32,000 nucleotides of DNA from Nitrosospira multiformis ATCC 25196. Lineage in GTDB: Bacteria; Pseudomonadota; Gammaproteobacteria; Burkholderiales; Nitrosomonadaceae. Positions 9,418-17,679 of this stretch are shown here, piece after piece; within the stretch, counting starts at the first letter, position 1, and the number at the start of each line of letters is the position of its first letter. A program made the position numbers and the translations under genes. Location of the stretch: the NCBI RefSeq assembly GCF_000196355.1, contig NC_007614.1, positions 1,290,001 to 1,322,000 on the forward strand. The letters run 5' to 3'. The notes beneath the pieces were generated by a model, which saw only the letters and a list, made by a program, of their open reading frames with translations, did not search any database and was not told the origin of the DNA.

Positions 9418-10608
9418 ATGCTCAACGACTTGGATTCAATTCATCAAACGGATGAAGGGCTGCGCGAATACCTGCGCAGCCGTGGAAACCGGAGCTTGTA
9501 TCGGTATCGCCTGACACTTGAGAGTCCTCAGGCCCCTCGGATAACGGTAAGCGGTCGTGAATACTTGGCATTTTGCAGTAATGATTATCTCGGTCTTGCC
9601 AATCATCCCGAACTGATTGCAGCGCTTTGCGAAGGCGCGACGCAGTACGGCGTGGGAGCGGGTACGTCGCATCTCGTCAGCGGACATTCGCGGGCACACC
9701 ATCTGCTGGAGGAAGCGCTGGCATCCTTTACCCGATTCCCCCGGGCATTGCTATTTTCCACAGGATACATGGCAAACGCAGGCGTAGTAACAGCGTTGAC
9801 CGGCCGGGGTGATGCCGTATTCGGGGACAAACTCAATCATGCCTCCCTCAACGATGCAGCGCTTCTATCGCGCGCGAGGTTGAGTCGTTATCCCCATCTG
9901 GATCTGGCGACCCTGGAGCGGCAGCTTGCCGCATCTCCAGCCAGACGCAAACTCGTGATATCGGATGCGGTATTCAGCATGGATGGAGATATCGCACCGC
10001 TTCCAGAGTTGCTGGAGTTGTGTGAAAGATACGACGCCTGGTTGCTGCTCGACGATGCGCACGGATTCGGAGTATTGGGCAATCAGGGGAGGGGGAGTCT
10101 GGCGCACTTCAATATCAGTTCGCCGCGCATTATCTACATGGGGACACTCGGCAAAGCGGCGGGTGTATTTGGGGCATTCGTAGCTGCTCAGGAAGAAATC
10201 ATCGAAACGCTCATCCAGTGCGCGCGAAGCTACATCTATACTACTGCGACTCCACCCTTCCTGTCTCATGCCTTGCTGAAAAGCCTGGAGCTGATTGCAG
10301 GCGGTGCAGGGCGACGTGAAAAACTGGCGCAACTCACCAAGCTGCTCAAGCAGGAGTGTCATCCGCTGCGGTGGCAACTGCTGCCTTCGGATACTCCCAT
10401 CCAGCCGCTGGTCATGGGAGAGAATGCCGAAGCTCTGCAGGTCAGCGAAGCATTGCGCCAGAAAGGCATTCTGGTAACCGCCATTCGACCGCCTACCGTG
10501 CCCGAGGGGACAGCGCGCCTGCGTATCTCGTTATCCAGTTCCCATGATATCGAGGATGTTATGGAACTGGGAGCGGCACTGCGGGAAATCGACCGGGATA
10601 TGGAATGA
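9418..10608 (+). CDS. bioF: 8-amino-7-oxononanoate synthase
   Basis: It is a PLP-dependent alpha-oxoamine synthase, with DDAHGFGVLG, SMDGD and the PLP-lysine context GTLGKA. It sits between bioB and bioH. Confidence 0.92.
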   Translation: MLNDLDSIHQTDEGLREYLRSRGNRSLYRYRLTLESPQAPRITVSGREYLAFCSNDYLGLANHPELIAALCEGATQYGVGAGTSHLVSGHSRAHHLLEEALASFTRFPRALLFSTGYMANAGVVTALTGRGDAVFGDKLNHASLNDAALLSRARLSRYPHLDLATLERQLAASPARRKLVISDAVFSMDGDIAPLPELLELCERYDAWLLLDDAHGFGVLGNQGRGSLAHFNISSPRIIYMGTLGKAAGVFGAFVAAQEEIIETLIQCARSYIYTTATPPFLSHALLKSLELIAGGAGRREKLAQLTKLLKQECHPLRWQLLPSDTPIQPLVMGENAEALQVSEALRQKGILVTAIRPPTVPEGTARLRISLSSSHDIEDVMELGAALREIDRDME

Positions 10609-10621
10609 CTATGGAATGACT
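10600..10621. repeat. Perfect 11-bp tandem duplication (ATGGAATGACT x2) that includes the bioF stop codon
   Basis: Read directly: 10600-10610 is identical to 10611-10621. The TGA at 10606-10608 is the bioF stop. Confidence 0.95.
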
Positions 10622-10679
10622 GGGCACCTTTACGCCGGATATGACATTCGCCTTGTAAGGGCGACCTCGCGGATACAAT

Positions 10680-11483
10680 GTGGAATGCTCGATGGGCCAG
10701 GTAAGCCTTTACGTCGAATCCTTGGGTGAAGGTCCCGATCTCGTTCTGCTGCATGGGTGGGCCATGCATAGCGGAATGTGGGGTAGCACCCGGCGATCAC
10801 TGGCCCAGCATTTCCGCTTGCATCTCGTCGATTTGCCGGGTCATGGATTCAGCCGGGGAGCCTTACCTTACAAAAGGGGAGAGAAAAATGGTGTCAGCGA
10901 GGATATGGTCGAGAGGGTGGTGGAGGTTCTGCCTCCCGATTGTGTAATTTGTGGATGGTCGCTGGGGGGACAGCTCGCAATCGAACTCGCCTTGCGCGAG
11001 CCGGCGCGCGTGGAGAAAATCATTTTGACTTCCACCACGCCCAGCTTCGTCAAACGCGAGGACTGGCAATGGGGGATGGAGGAATTGACATTGAAGGCGT
11101 TTGCGGAAAATCTCAGGCGGGACTTCAGTACCACCATGAAGCGGTTTCTTACCCTGCAGGTGAGTGGGGGAGGGGATGCCGGGAAGGTATTGCCCGAGAT
11201 GCGGAGACTTTTGTTCGAGCGCAGTGCGCCGGAGCCTGAAGCATTGGAAGCGGGGTTACAGATCGTGCTTGCGAACGACCTTCGCGGAAAGCTGCGAAAC
11301 ATCGTTCAACCCACTTTGCTGATACACGGCGAGAACGATGTCATTGCCCATCCCGAGGCAGCGGCATGGATGAAGCAGCAATTTCAGGATGTCGAGCTGG
11401 CCATGCTACCGAATTGCAGTCATGTGCCTTTCTTGTCCTATCCTGATAAATTCATTGCGAATATCGTTCGCTTCGCCAGATGA
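10680..11483 (+). CDS. bioH: Pimeloyl-[ACP] methyl ester esterase (alpha/beta hydrolase)
   Basis: It has LVLLHGW, the nucleophile elbow GWSLGG, and a C-terminal His context (CSHVPFLS). Placement between bioF and bioC supports the call. ATG 10692 is an alternative start. Confidence 0.8.
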   Translation: MECSMGQVSLYVESLGEGPDLVLLHGWAMHSGMWGSTRRSLAQHFRLHLVDLPGHGFSRGALPYKRGEKNGVSEDMVERVVEVLPPDCVICGWSLGGQLAIELALREPARVEKIILTSTTPSFVKREDWQWGMEELTLKAFAENLRRDFSTTMKRFLTLQVSGGGDAGKVLPEMRRLLFERSAPEPEALEAGLQIVLANDLRGKLRNIVQPTLLIHGENDVIAHPEAAAWMKQQFQDVELAMLPNCSHVPFLSYPDKFIANIVRFAR

Positions 11484-11489
11484 GTTCAA

Positions 11490-12413
11490 ATGAGTGGAAA
11501 TGAGTCTGTAGTGAATTACGATCACTTCATCGATAAGCGCCGGGTGCGAAAGGCGTTTGAACGGGCTGCGCCTTTATATGATCAGGCTGCGGTCCTTCAG
11601 CGTGAAGTATGCGACCGGATGCTGTCCCGCCTTGAATACATCAAATATATGCCCGATGTTGTTCTCGATGCCGGAAGCGGCACCGGCTATGGCACGTGCA
11701 AGCTGCTTGAACGCTACCCCGACGCCTCCATGCTCGCCATCGATATTGCGACCGGCATGCATCACCAAGCCCGGCAGCGGATGAATTCCATGATTCCGCG
11801 CTGGCGACAGTTGTTCGGGGTGGGCCGCAATCAGCGTACAAGCCGGGTCCGTTATGTTGCAGGGGATATTGAGCAATTACCGTTGGAAGATTCCTGTGCC
11901 GGCCTTGTCTGGTCCAATCTGGCGCTGCAATGGTGTAATGATCTCAAAAAAACCTTTGATGAGATGCGGCGTATCCTGAAAAATGGTGGTTTGTTCATGT
12001 TCAGCACTTTCGGGCCGGATACTCTGAAAGAATTGCGCCAGGCTTTTCGCCATGCGGATGATTACAGTCATGTCAATCGCTTTGCGGACATGCACGACAT
12101 AGGCGACATGCTGGTGCATAGCGGCTTTGCCACCCCGGTCATGGATATGGAATATATTACCCTGACTTATGACGAAGTTATCAGCGTCATGCGCGATCTC
12201 AAAGCCATCGGCGCCCATAATGCCACCGGGGCGCGGCATCGCGGGTTGACGGGAAAAAATGCGTGGCAAAAAGCTATCGGCCATTACGAGACGCTGCGTA
12301 CAGGGGGAAAATTGCCAGCGACTTTTGAAGTGGTGTATGGCCATGCCTGGAAACCGGCGCCCCGAACATCCATTCTTACACCGGAAACACGCCGCCACAT
12401 CGGCCTGGAATAA
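11490..12413 (+). CDS. bioC: Malonyl-[ACP] O-methyltransferase
   Basis: It has class I SAM-MTase motif I (VLDAGSGTGYG) and a post-I acidic residue, and sits in bio operon context. Confidence 0.85.
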   Translation: MSGNESVVNYDHFIDKRRVRKAFERAAPLYDQAAVLQREVCDRMLSRLEYIKYMPDVVLDAGSGTGYGTCKLLERYPDASMLAIDIATGMHHQARQRMNSMIPRWRQLFGVGRNQRTSRVRYVAGDIEQLPLEDSCAGLVWSNLALQWCNDLKKTFDEMRRILKNGGLFMFSTFGPDTLKELRQAFRHADDYSHVNRFADMHDIGDMLVHSGFATPVMDMEYITLTYDEVISVMRDLKAIGAHNATGARHRGLTGKNAWQKAIGHYETLRTGGKLPATFEVVYGHAWKPAPRTSILTPETRRHIGLE

Positions 12414-12417
12414 GGAT

Positions 12418-13098
12418 ATGGGAATGGGAAAGGGGTATTTCGTCACCGGGACAGATACCGGCGTGGGTAAAACGCGCGTGACCTGCGCCCTGCTGCATGC
12501 CTTTGCTGCCACCGGAAAAACTGTGGTGGGCATGAAGCCTGTCGCAGCCGGATGCGAAAACGGGATGTGGCCTGATGTCGAATTACTGGCTGCTGCAAGC
12601 AACATTTCCGTGCAACGCGAGCATATCAATCCTTATGCGCTGGTTCCTCCAATTGCTCCGCACATTGCTGCAGACAGGGCAGGCATTGAAATCGATCTCG
12701 AAGTCATTCGCCAGGCACACCTTGAGCTGAAAAAAAAAGCGGATATTGTGATCGTGGAAGGAGCAGGAGGATTTCTCGTCCCCTTGAACGATCATGAGGA
12801 CAGCGTAGCCCTGGTGCAGGCTTTGGGTCTAGCGGTCCTGCTGGTGGTGGGGATGCGGCTCGGCTGTATCAACCACGCACTGTTGACGGCCCATGCCGTT
12901 CGAGCAGCCCAAATTCCGCTGGCGGGATGGGTGGCAAACCGGATCGATCCGGAAATGGCGGTTTTCAAGGAGAACGTACTGGCCCTGGAGCAGCGGCTTG
13001 ACTGTCCACTGCTGGGTATATTGCCTTACGATCAGAACCATGATGCCAGGGATTTGTCGTCCTTGCTGGATATTGCAAGAATCGGGATGAGCTCCTAA
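12418..13098 (+). CDS. bioD: Dethiobiotin synthetase
   Basis: From ATG 12418 (or 12424) it reads MGMGKGYFVTGTDTGVGKT (P-loop-like), followed by EGAGG. The upstream 53 codons of the track ORF overlap bioC and are rejected. Confidence 0.9.
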   Translation: MGMGKGYFVTGTDTGVGKTRVTCALLHAFAATGKTVVGMKPVAAGCENGMWPDVELLAAASNISVQREHINPYALVPPIAPHIAADRAGIEIDLEVIRQAHLELKKKADIVIVEGAGGFLVPLNDHEDSVALVQALGLAVLLVVGMRLGCINHALLTAHAVRAAQIPLAGWVANRIDPEMAVFKENVLALEQRLDCPLLGILPYDQNHDARDLSSLLDIARIGMSS

Positions 13099-13127
13099 TA
13101 GAAGTGCGTTCCGCGAAGCTCTGCTGA

Positions 13128-13166
13128 GGGGCATACCCAAGGCATTACCATTATGCCTTGTGCCCC
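13128..13166 (+). terminator. Hairpin after bioD (CAAGGCAT-7 nt loop-ATGCCTTG, extended by GGGCA/TGCCC)
   Basis: The inverted repeat is read directly. No U-tract follows it, so terminator function is uncertain. Confidence 0.3.
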
Positions 13167-13539
13167 TGCCTGGCCCAAGCGGAAATCCTGGGAGCAGAAT
13201 CGTCAAGATGCGGATAAAGTACCCCACCATCCTTGACGGCTTAAAACAACAACACGCAGCTGCCAAGCATCGCCTGAACGCAAACAGCCGTTTGGCACCT
13301 ATTCCGCAGAACCTTAGTCATACTGGTATGTGGAAAGACCAGTGCGGTGGAGTGGCACAAACTAGACTGATCGGCTCATATACTTTTTGCCTGCCGGATT
13401 TTAAGCTGAGCTGTTGCAACGGAAGGTTGTGGGGCATTGCCGGTAGGCTGAGTAGCAGTGATCGCGAAACTCGAGCTTAGCTCATCCCTTAGCGGAGCGG
13501 GGTGAGTCTGCCATGGGGAACGGCCTTCAACATCCACCC

Positions 13540-13724
13540 AAAAACCACTGCATCAGCGGGGTGAGGTTGTTCAAGCGAGTCTTCGGCATCGACATGCAGC
13601 GCTGTCCGAGCTGCGGTGTGGGTAGTTGCAGATCATTGCGGCGCTCCTGGGGGTGATCGAGAGGATCCTCGAACATCTTGGATTGGAGCCACAATCCAAG
13701 GCCCCGGCGCTCGCTACTCTGTAA
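13540..13724 (+). pseudogene. C-terminal remnant of an IS91-family (Y2/rolling-circle) transposase, frameshifted
   Basis: Two adjoining frames read ..ISGVRLFKRVFGIDMQRCPSCGVG then LQIIAALLGVIERILEHLGLEPQSKAPALATL*. This matches my memory of the IS91-family C-terminus (WA.LL.RVF.ID...CP.CGG.L.IIA.I....I.(K/R)IL.HLGL). The frame changes by one nucleotide near 13621-13626. Only about the last 60-85 codons are present. Confidence 0.55.
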
Positions 13725-13808
13725 TCTAGCGGCACTGCACCCTACGGCGCTTGCCGTTGTTGCATTTTTCATCCAGATCGGCAACTTCTGTAGACGATGT
13801 ATCATCGT

Positions 13809-14561
13809 TCATAAAAACATTTCCTTTGGCAAGGAATCTATTTCTTTGAGTTCCTTGAGCTTCTTGATCACGGCCTGGCCCAGATTTTTGGTACTTTTTG
13901 GATTCTGGGCCGTAATCAGGAGGCCATCCTCCACCACATGGGAGCCAAACGGCATCATTGCCTTGCTGTATCGCCCCCCTCGCTTTTGTAGTTCTTCCTC
14001 CAGGTTGAACGGAACCGCCTCATCGCGGTTTGCCAATTTCTCTTCCTTCCACGAAAAACCCGTTATCTGCTTACCATTAATAAGATATGTCCCGTCGCTC
14101 AGTTTCACTTCCAGCAGCCCGCAAGGTCCATGGCACGCGGCCGAAACAATCTTGCCGGCTTCATAGAATCCGGCGGTCAATTCCGCCAATGATGCGCTTT
14201 TTGGAAAGTCGAACATGACCCCGTGCCCCCCCGTCATATAGATGGCATCGTACCCGGCCGGATCCGCGTCGGATACTTTCAACGTGTTGTCCAGCCGACT
14301 CATGAAGCCCTTATCTTCGTAGCGCCTGGAAAGACTCCCCCTGAGGCCGATGGCGTCACCCATTTCCGTGATGAGCAGGCTTTCGGGATCAAGGGGAGTT
14401 TTGCCACCCGACGGACTGGCAATATCCATCTTATAGCCTGCTTCTTCAGCAATATCCCAAAATTCGACGAGTTCGCTAAGCCACAGTCCCGTTCTGTATC
14501 CCACCTTTTCAAACAGGTCAGAGTTGGTAACGATGATAAGAATCTTGCTGGTCACAATCAT
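13809..14561 (-). CDS. DJ-1/PfpI-family protein (class I glutamine amidotransferase-like, Hsp31/glyoxalase III-like)
   Basis: It is 250 aa with the nucleophile elbow AACHGP (Cys-His). DAIYMTGGHG and the overall pattern are typical of ThiJ/PfpI-domain proteins. Confidence 0.8.
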   Translation of the reverse strand: MIVTSKILIIVTNSDLFEKVGYRTGLWLSELVEFWDIAEEAGYKMDIASPSGGKTPLDPESLLITEMGDAIGLRGSLSRRYEDKGFMSRLDNTLKVSDADPAGYDAIYMTGGHGVMFDFPKSASLAELTAGFYEAGKIVSAACHGPCGLLEVKLSDGTYLINGKQITGFSWKEEKLANRDEAVPFNLEEELQKRGGRYSKAMMPFGSHVVEDGLLITAQNPKSTKNLGQAVIKKLKELKEIDSLPKEMFL

Positions 14562-15079
14562 TTTTTGCTCCTATGTGTAATGGCCACCCATTAATTGGCT
14601 GGTTGCGATAGCCAAGTCTATTTAATACCACGCGTCTTTCAGGCTGATCTGCTCGGTTATCAACATAGTTCAGTAAAATGTTTGCAAATTGATGTAGAAG
14701 CGCTGACTTGCATCCACGTCCGGTTAATCCCATGAGGTTTTCCCCTGTTGCCGGGGATAGATCGGGGATAGCGCTGTGGATAAGTTCGGTAAGTCTATAT
14801 TTGGGATAGATCTACTGGGGTTGCTCAGATTTGTTGCAGCATAGAAGTGATGTAGCTGGTAAACCACGGTTCGTCGAATTACCAGATACTGTCGATTTTC
14901 GTCGGGATCATGGGTAATCCATACTGGAGTATGGAAGATGCGGTGGGTAATGGAGAATGGTAAGGTTAAACAACTTCGGAACCCGAAATATTACTGACTA
15001 TGGCTTTTTTCCGCTCTTGTTTGAATTAAGTAATTCTGCAATGACTACAGAGGATGCGTTTGTCCCTGGCATAAAATCT

Positions 15080-15295
15080 TTAAGCGGATTGAATGTTTGA
15101 TGCCTGTTTGCCCTTCGGGCCGTTCGTAATCTCAAACGTTACTTTTTGACCTTCCTGAAGCGTTTTGAATCCGCCGGTGTTTCCAAAAATATTGATTGCG
15201 GAGAAGTGAGCGAATAAATCCTCATTGCCCTCATCAGGGGTAATAAAACCAAAGCCTTTTGTTCCATTGAACCATTTTACTGTGCCGGTTGCCAT
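15080..15295 (-). CDS. cspA: Cold-shock domain protein (CspA family)
   Basis: It reads [16 protein letters not shown] (RNP1) and DLFAHFSAI (RNP2), with a strong SD (GAGGAGG) 5 nt upstream. The loop before GFKTL is about 4 residues longer than in E. coli CspA. Confidence 0.9.
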   Translation of the reverse strand: MATGTVKWFNGTKGFGFITPDEGNEDLFAHFSAINIFGNTGGFKTLQEGQKVTFEITNGPKGKQASNIQSA

Positions 15296-15816
15296 TTTTA
15301 CCTCCTCAAAAAAGTAAGCGGAAATCCGGAAACACGCCCGTCAAAAGAGAGGTTACATGTGCAACGCGCTCAATTGTCCCCCTGGGCTACGAATATAGGG
15401 GCAGGCTTGCCAAGAGGGTCTCCAAAGAAAAATGCTTTTGACGAAAGAGTAAAGCAGGTGTTACGCACCTATTCTAGTAGCAGGCATGTTTCTTTTTTAT
15501 GAATGCGAGGTAATCTCCGCTTTCTGCTGCAGGATTGAAAAAAGCCCAAAGAAATTCGTGGAATGCGCAGATTACAAAGGTCCCTATGCAGCGTGAGCGA
15601 ATAAGTACGCGAGCTGATCCGCGTCGACTGGCTCCTGTTCCGCAGAATCATAACGGTCATATCCGACAGCATTACCCCTAACTTCGCCGAATCGAGAGTG
15701 GCACGCACTTCCTCAGCGCCTGGTCTTCATGAAAGGACAGGGTATAAACTTTCAACGCCTTGAAATCCCCTCAAAAAACCCGCGCTGTGTTAGAAGGTAT
15801 CTTGAAAAGCCAGAGA

Positions 15817-16020
15817 TCAGGTGGCAGTGCGCATTTCGCGGCGCCTGCGACGCGGAAGTTTGCGGCTTTCATCTTCATAAGCCGCAAAAATAGTGGACAT
15901 GTCTAACTCTGATCTGGATTTTCCGGCAGAGCGAAGCTTTTTATTAATGCCTCTTTCCAGCCAGCGATCAAACTCATCCGATGTATAACCATACAGGTCG
16001 GTGTATCTTCGTTTCTTCAT
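15817..16020 (-). CDS. Hypothetical small basic protein (67 aa, Arg-rich C-terminus)
   Basis: It is a track ORF with no family I recognise and no clear SD. It is kept only because the composition looks protein-like (YTDLYGYTSDEFDRWLERGINKKL). Confidence 0.3.
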   Translation of the reverse strand: MKKRRYTDLYGYTSDEFDRWLERGINKKLRSAGKSRSELDMSTIFAAYEDESRKLPRRRRREMRTAT

Positions 16021-16105
16021 AACGTTTCTTCAGAGGTGAGAAAACATATCAGCTAAAAAAGCTCCCATTTCAGGGCCGGTTGGATTTTTACAATCTTTAA
16101 GGGGA

Positions 16106-16136
16106 GGAATATGTTCGGTATCGTACCGAACATTCC
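16106..16136. other. Strong hairpin (ATGTTCGGTA-TCG-TACCGAACAT, extended by GGA/TCC) between two small ORFs
   Basis: Read directly: a 10-bp perfect stem with a 3-nt loop. It overlaps a plus-strand 11-codon mini-ORF (ATG 16111) that follows GGAGG. No U-tract is present on either strand. Confidence 0.5.
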
Positions 16137-16185
16137 ACGGAAATAGACTTGACGACCCGCTTGGGGAAACCGGTGGGCCGGCACC

Positions 16186-16449
16186 TCAGGGCCTATCCCC
16201 CCGATAACGCAGGGGGTTGCGATCAGCAGAGGGAGAAGAAGGATTAATGGGAGCCAGACCTACGCTGGGCCCCGTACTTTTTTCCCAGTGCACTACCGAT
16301 TCAGGAAAACCCACGAGCTCTTCTTCGTACACATAGGGAGCTAAAGAACCATAAGTTTCTTTCGGATCGCAGGCCAGATTAGAAATAACGTTATTCATGC
16401 GCTCGATATAGCCCTCTTTGGTCCTTATATACACAGCGTATTTAAACAT
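16186..16449 (-). CDS. Hypothetical protein (87 aa from ATG 16449)
   Basis: GGGAG lies 7 nt upstream of ATG 16449. The N-terminal half looks globular (MFKYAVYIRTKEGYIERMNNVISNL...) and the C-terminal third is P/S-rich. I recognise no family. Confidence 0.4.
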   Translation of the reverse strand: MFKYAVYIRTKEGYIERMNNVISNLACDPKETYGSLAPYVYEEELVGFPESVVHWEKSTGPSVGLAPINPSSPSADRNPLRYRGDRP

Positions 16450-16613
16450 CTGTTTACTCCCGGGCGGATTTGGTTCGCACATCTTACTGCGGGTTTATTA
16501 CGGTATTTTTAAGGGCATGAGAGCTAGCTCATGAGACAGCCGAGAGGATTTCTTAGGAACAAGTCTTCAGTAAGGGGCAGTCTAAGAACACCAGTCTTCG
16601 TTTTCCTGGATCA

Positions 16614-16887
16614 ATGAGGTTGATGGATGCTATCGTCAAAATCACCGACGAGCAGGTGAAGAGGAAAACGCCGTCGGATAAGTTCTCGATCTGTGGCGAA
16701 GGGGGTAAACCTACTACATCATTCTTCTGAGAACCGGGACGCCACACTGGCCATACCAGCTGAAGAATACGCGCAACTCAGCCGGGGCCAGATCTACTAC
16801 CGGAAGAGGCCTCCCGGAGGGTTGGACTATTACTACAATCGGAGGTCAAAGTGGGGAAATAGGGAGAATACAATAGCTAATCATTGA
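16614..16887 (+). pseudogene. Possible degraded toxin-tip remnant (HNH/EndoVII-like 'LHH' segment) split over two frames
   Basis: Frame A (16614-16730) reads MRLMDAIVKITDEQVKRKTPSDKFSICGEGGKPTTSFF*. Frame B (16660-16887) reads ..VAKGVNLLHHSSENRDATLAIPAEEYAQLSRGQIYYRKRPPGGLDYYY... The HH-x10-LAIP-x3-Y spacing resembles the HH...(L/V)(I/V)P...H core of AHH/WHH/LHH toxin domains, with Tyr where the distal His is expected. It lies just upstream of an immunity-type gene. Confidence 0.25.
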
Positions 16888-17049
16888 GTAAAATCTATGC
16901 CGGCTGGAGCATGTCAACATTCTTACTATTCCCCCTACGGTCACCGCAAGACACGACCGAAGGAAGCTCGACATTCGAGGTGAGGTATTGATGGAACAAA
17001 ATGGCAAGAATCATCCCCGTTGTCACCTCTGCGCTTTTCTTGCGCCGCG

Positions 17050-17679
17050 ATGACATTTACGGTTTACACATTCGAGGTGGGGCTGGGCCAGGAATGGATA
17101 TTCCCGGTCGACGAAGACCATTTCGAACTGTTCTTCGCGATGAATGGGAAGGTTATCTCGAACTGGGATCCACCTGTCATGAGGGTCAATCGCGAGATCA
17201 ATCATGAGGAGAGATTTAGTTCCAGCTTTCCCTGGCTTGATGAACATGTGCCATTTTTGCGAAAGCCGGCGGTGATCTTGCTGAAGTATGAACGGTTTCT
17301 GTTCAATCACGAGAGAAGGTTCTATTCCGACTTCCCTTGGTTGGGCGAGCATGTGCCGTTTTTGAGGAAGCCTGCGGTAGAGGCTCTAGGGCACGTCTTG
17401 CTGAAGTATGGACAGCTTCTGCCCGTGCGAGGAGAAGAAGTTTGGCTCTTCAACGCAACGACTGTGCTCGACGCGCTTGATCATGAGCGCTCCCACATCG
17501 TGTACTTCGACGACGGCGGCATTCTGGCAATCGAACGCTATGTCTTCGACAGAGGCAGGATCGGAACGGCGGAAGTCTTCAAGCTGCCGATGAGGGCGTC
17601 ACCCGTTTTTGTAACTGACAGTTTTGTCAAACAGGTACGAAGTGCCGGACTCCGCGACGTTTCTTTCAAGGCGTTGTGA
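17050..17679 (+). CDS. DUF1629/Imm11-like protein (polymorphic-toxin immunity-type family) with an internal duplication
   Basis: The pattern matches my memory of the family: SDFPWLGEHVPFLRKPAVEALG, then LLPV..EEVWLFNATTVLDALDHERSH, then VFDRGRIG.AEVFKLP....VFVTDSFVKQVRSAGLRDVSFKAL at the C-terminus. The start is either TTG 17020 or ATG 17050. Confidence 0.65.
   Translation: MTFTVYTFEVGLGQEWIFPVDEDHFELFFAMNGKVISNWDPPVMRVNREINHEERFSSSFPWLDEHVPFLRKPAVILLKYERFLFNHERRFYSDFPWLGEHVPFLRKPAVEALGHVLLKYGQLLPVRGEEVWLFNATTVLDALDHERSHIVYFDDGGILAIERYVFDRGRIGTAEVFKLPMRASPVFVTDSFVKQVRSAGLRDVSFKAL
17200..17421 (+). repeat. Diverged in-frame tandem duplication inside the Imm11-like gene (copy 1 17200-17304, copy 2 17305-17421)
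   Basis: Copy 1 reads NHEERFSSSFPWLDEHVPFLRKPAV-----ILLKYERFLF and copy 2 reads NHERRFYSDFPWLGEHVPFLRKPAVEALGHVLLKYGQLL. The DNA copies are clearly alignable, with scattered substitutions and a 15-nt indel. Confidence 0.9.

Noticed and set aside
12259-12417. An upstream extension of the bioD track ORF.
   Set aside because: It overlaps the 3' end of bioC in another frame. The BioD P-loop lies right after ATG 12418/12424.
11877-12629. A 250-aa minus-strand ORF.
   Set aside because: It is antisense to bioC and bioD and has no recognisable motifs. It is a shadow ORF.
13160-13480. A 106-aa plus-strand ORF after bioD.
   Set aside because: It has no SD and an odd composition, and it lies next to the transposase relic, so it is probably decayed sequence. 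A weak ..QCGG....RLIG.. resemblance to the IS91 zinc motif is too thin to call.
14750-14815. Short direct repeats GGGGATAG/GGGATAGATC upstream of the DJ-1-like gene.
   Set aside because: There are only 2-3 short copies with irregular spacing. I could not connect them to a promoter or a known binding site.
15469-15708. A 79-aa minus-strand ORF between the small basic ORF and cspA.
   Set aside because: It has no SD, a Ser/Arg/Leu-rich junk-like sequence, and lies where the cspA promoter and long leader are expected.
16553-16747. A 64-aa minus-strand ORF.
   Set aside because: It is antisense to the putative toxin-tip remnant, with no SD and no motif.
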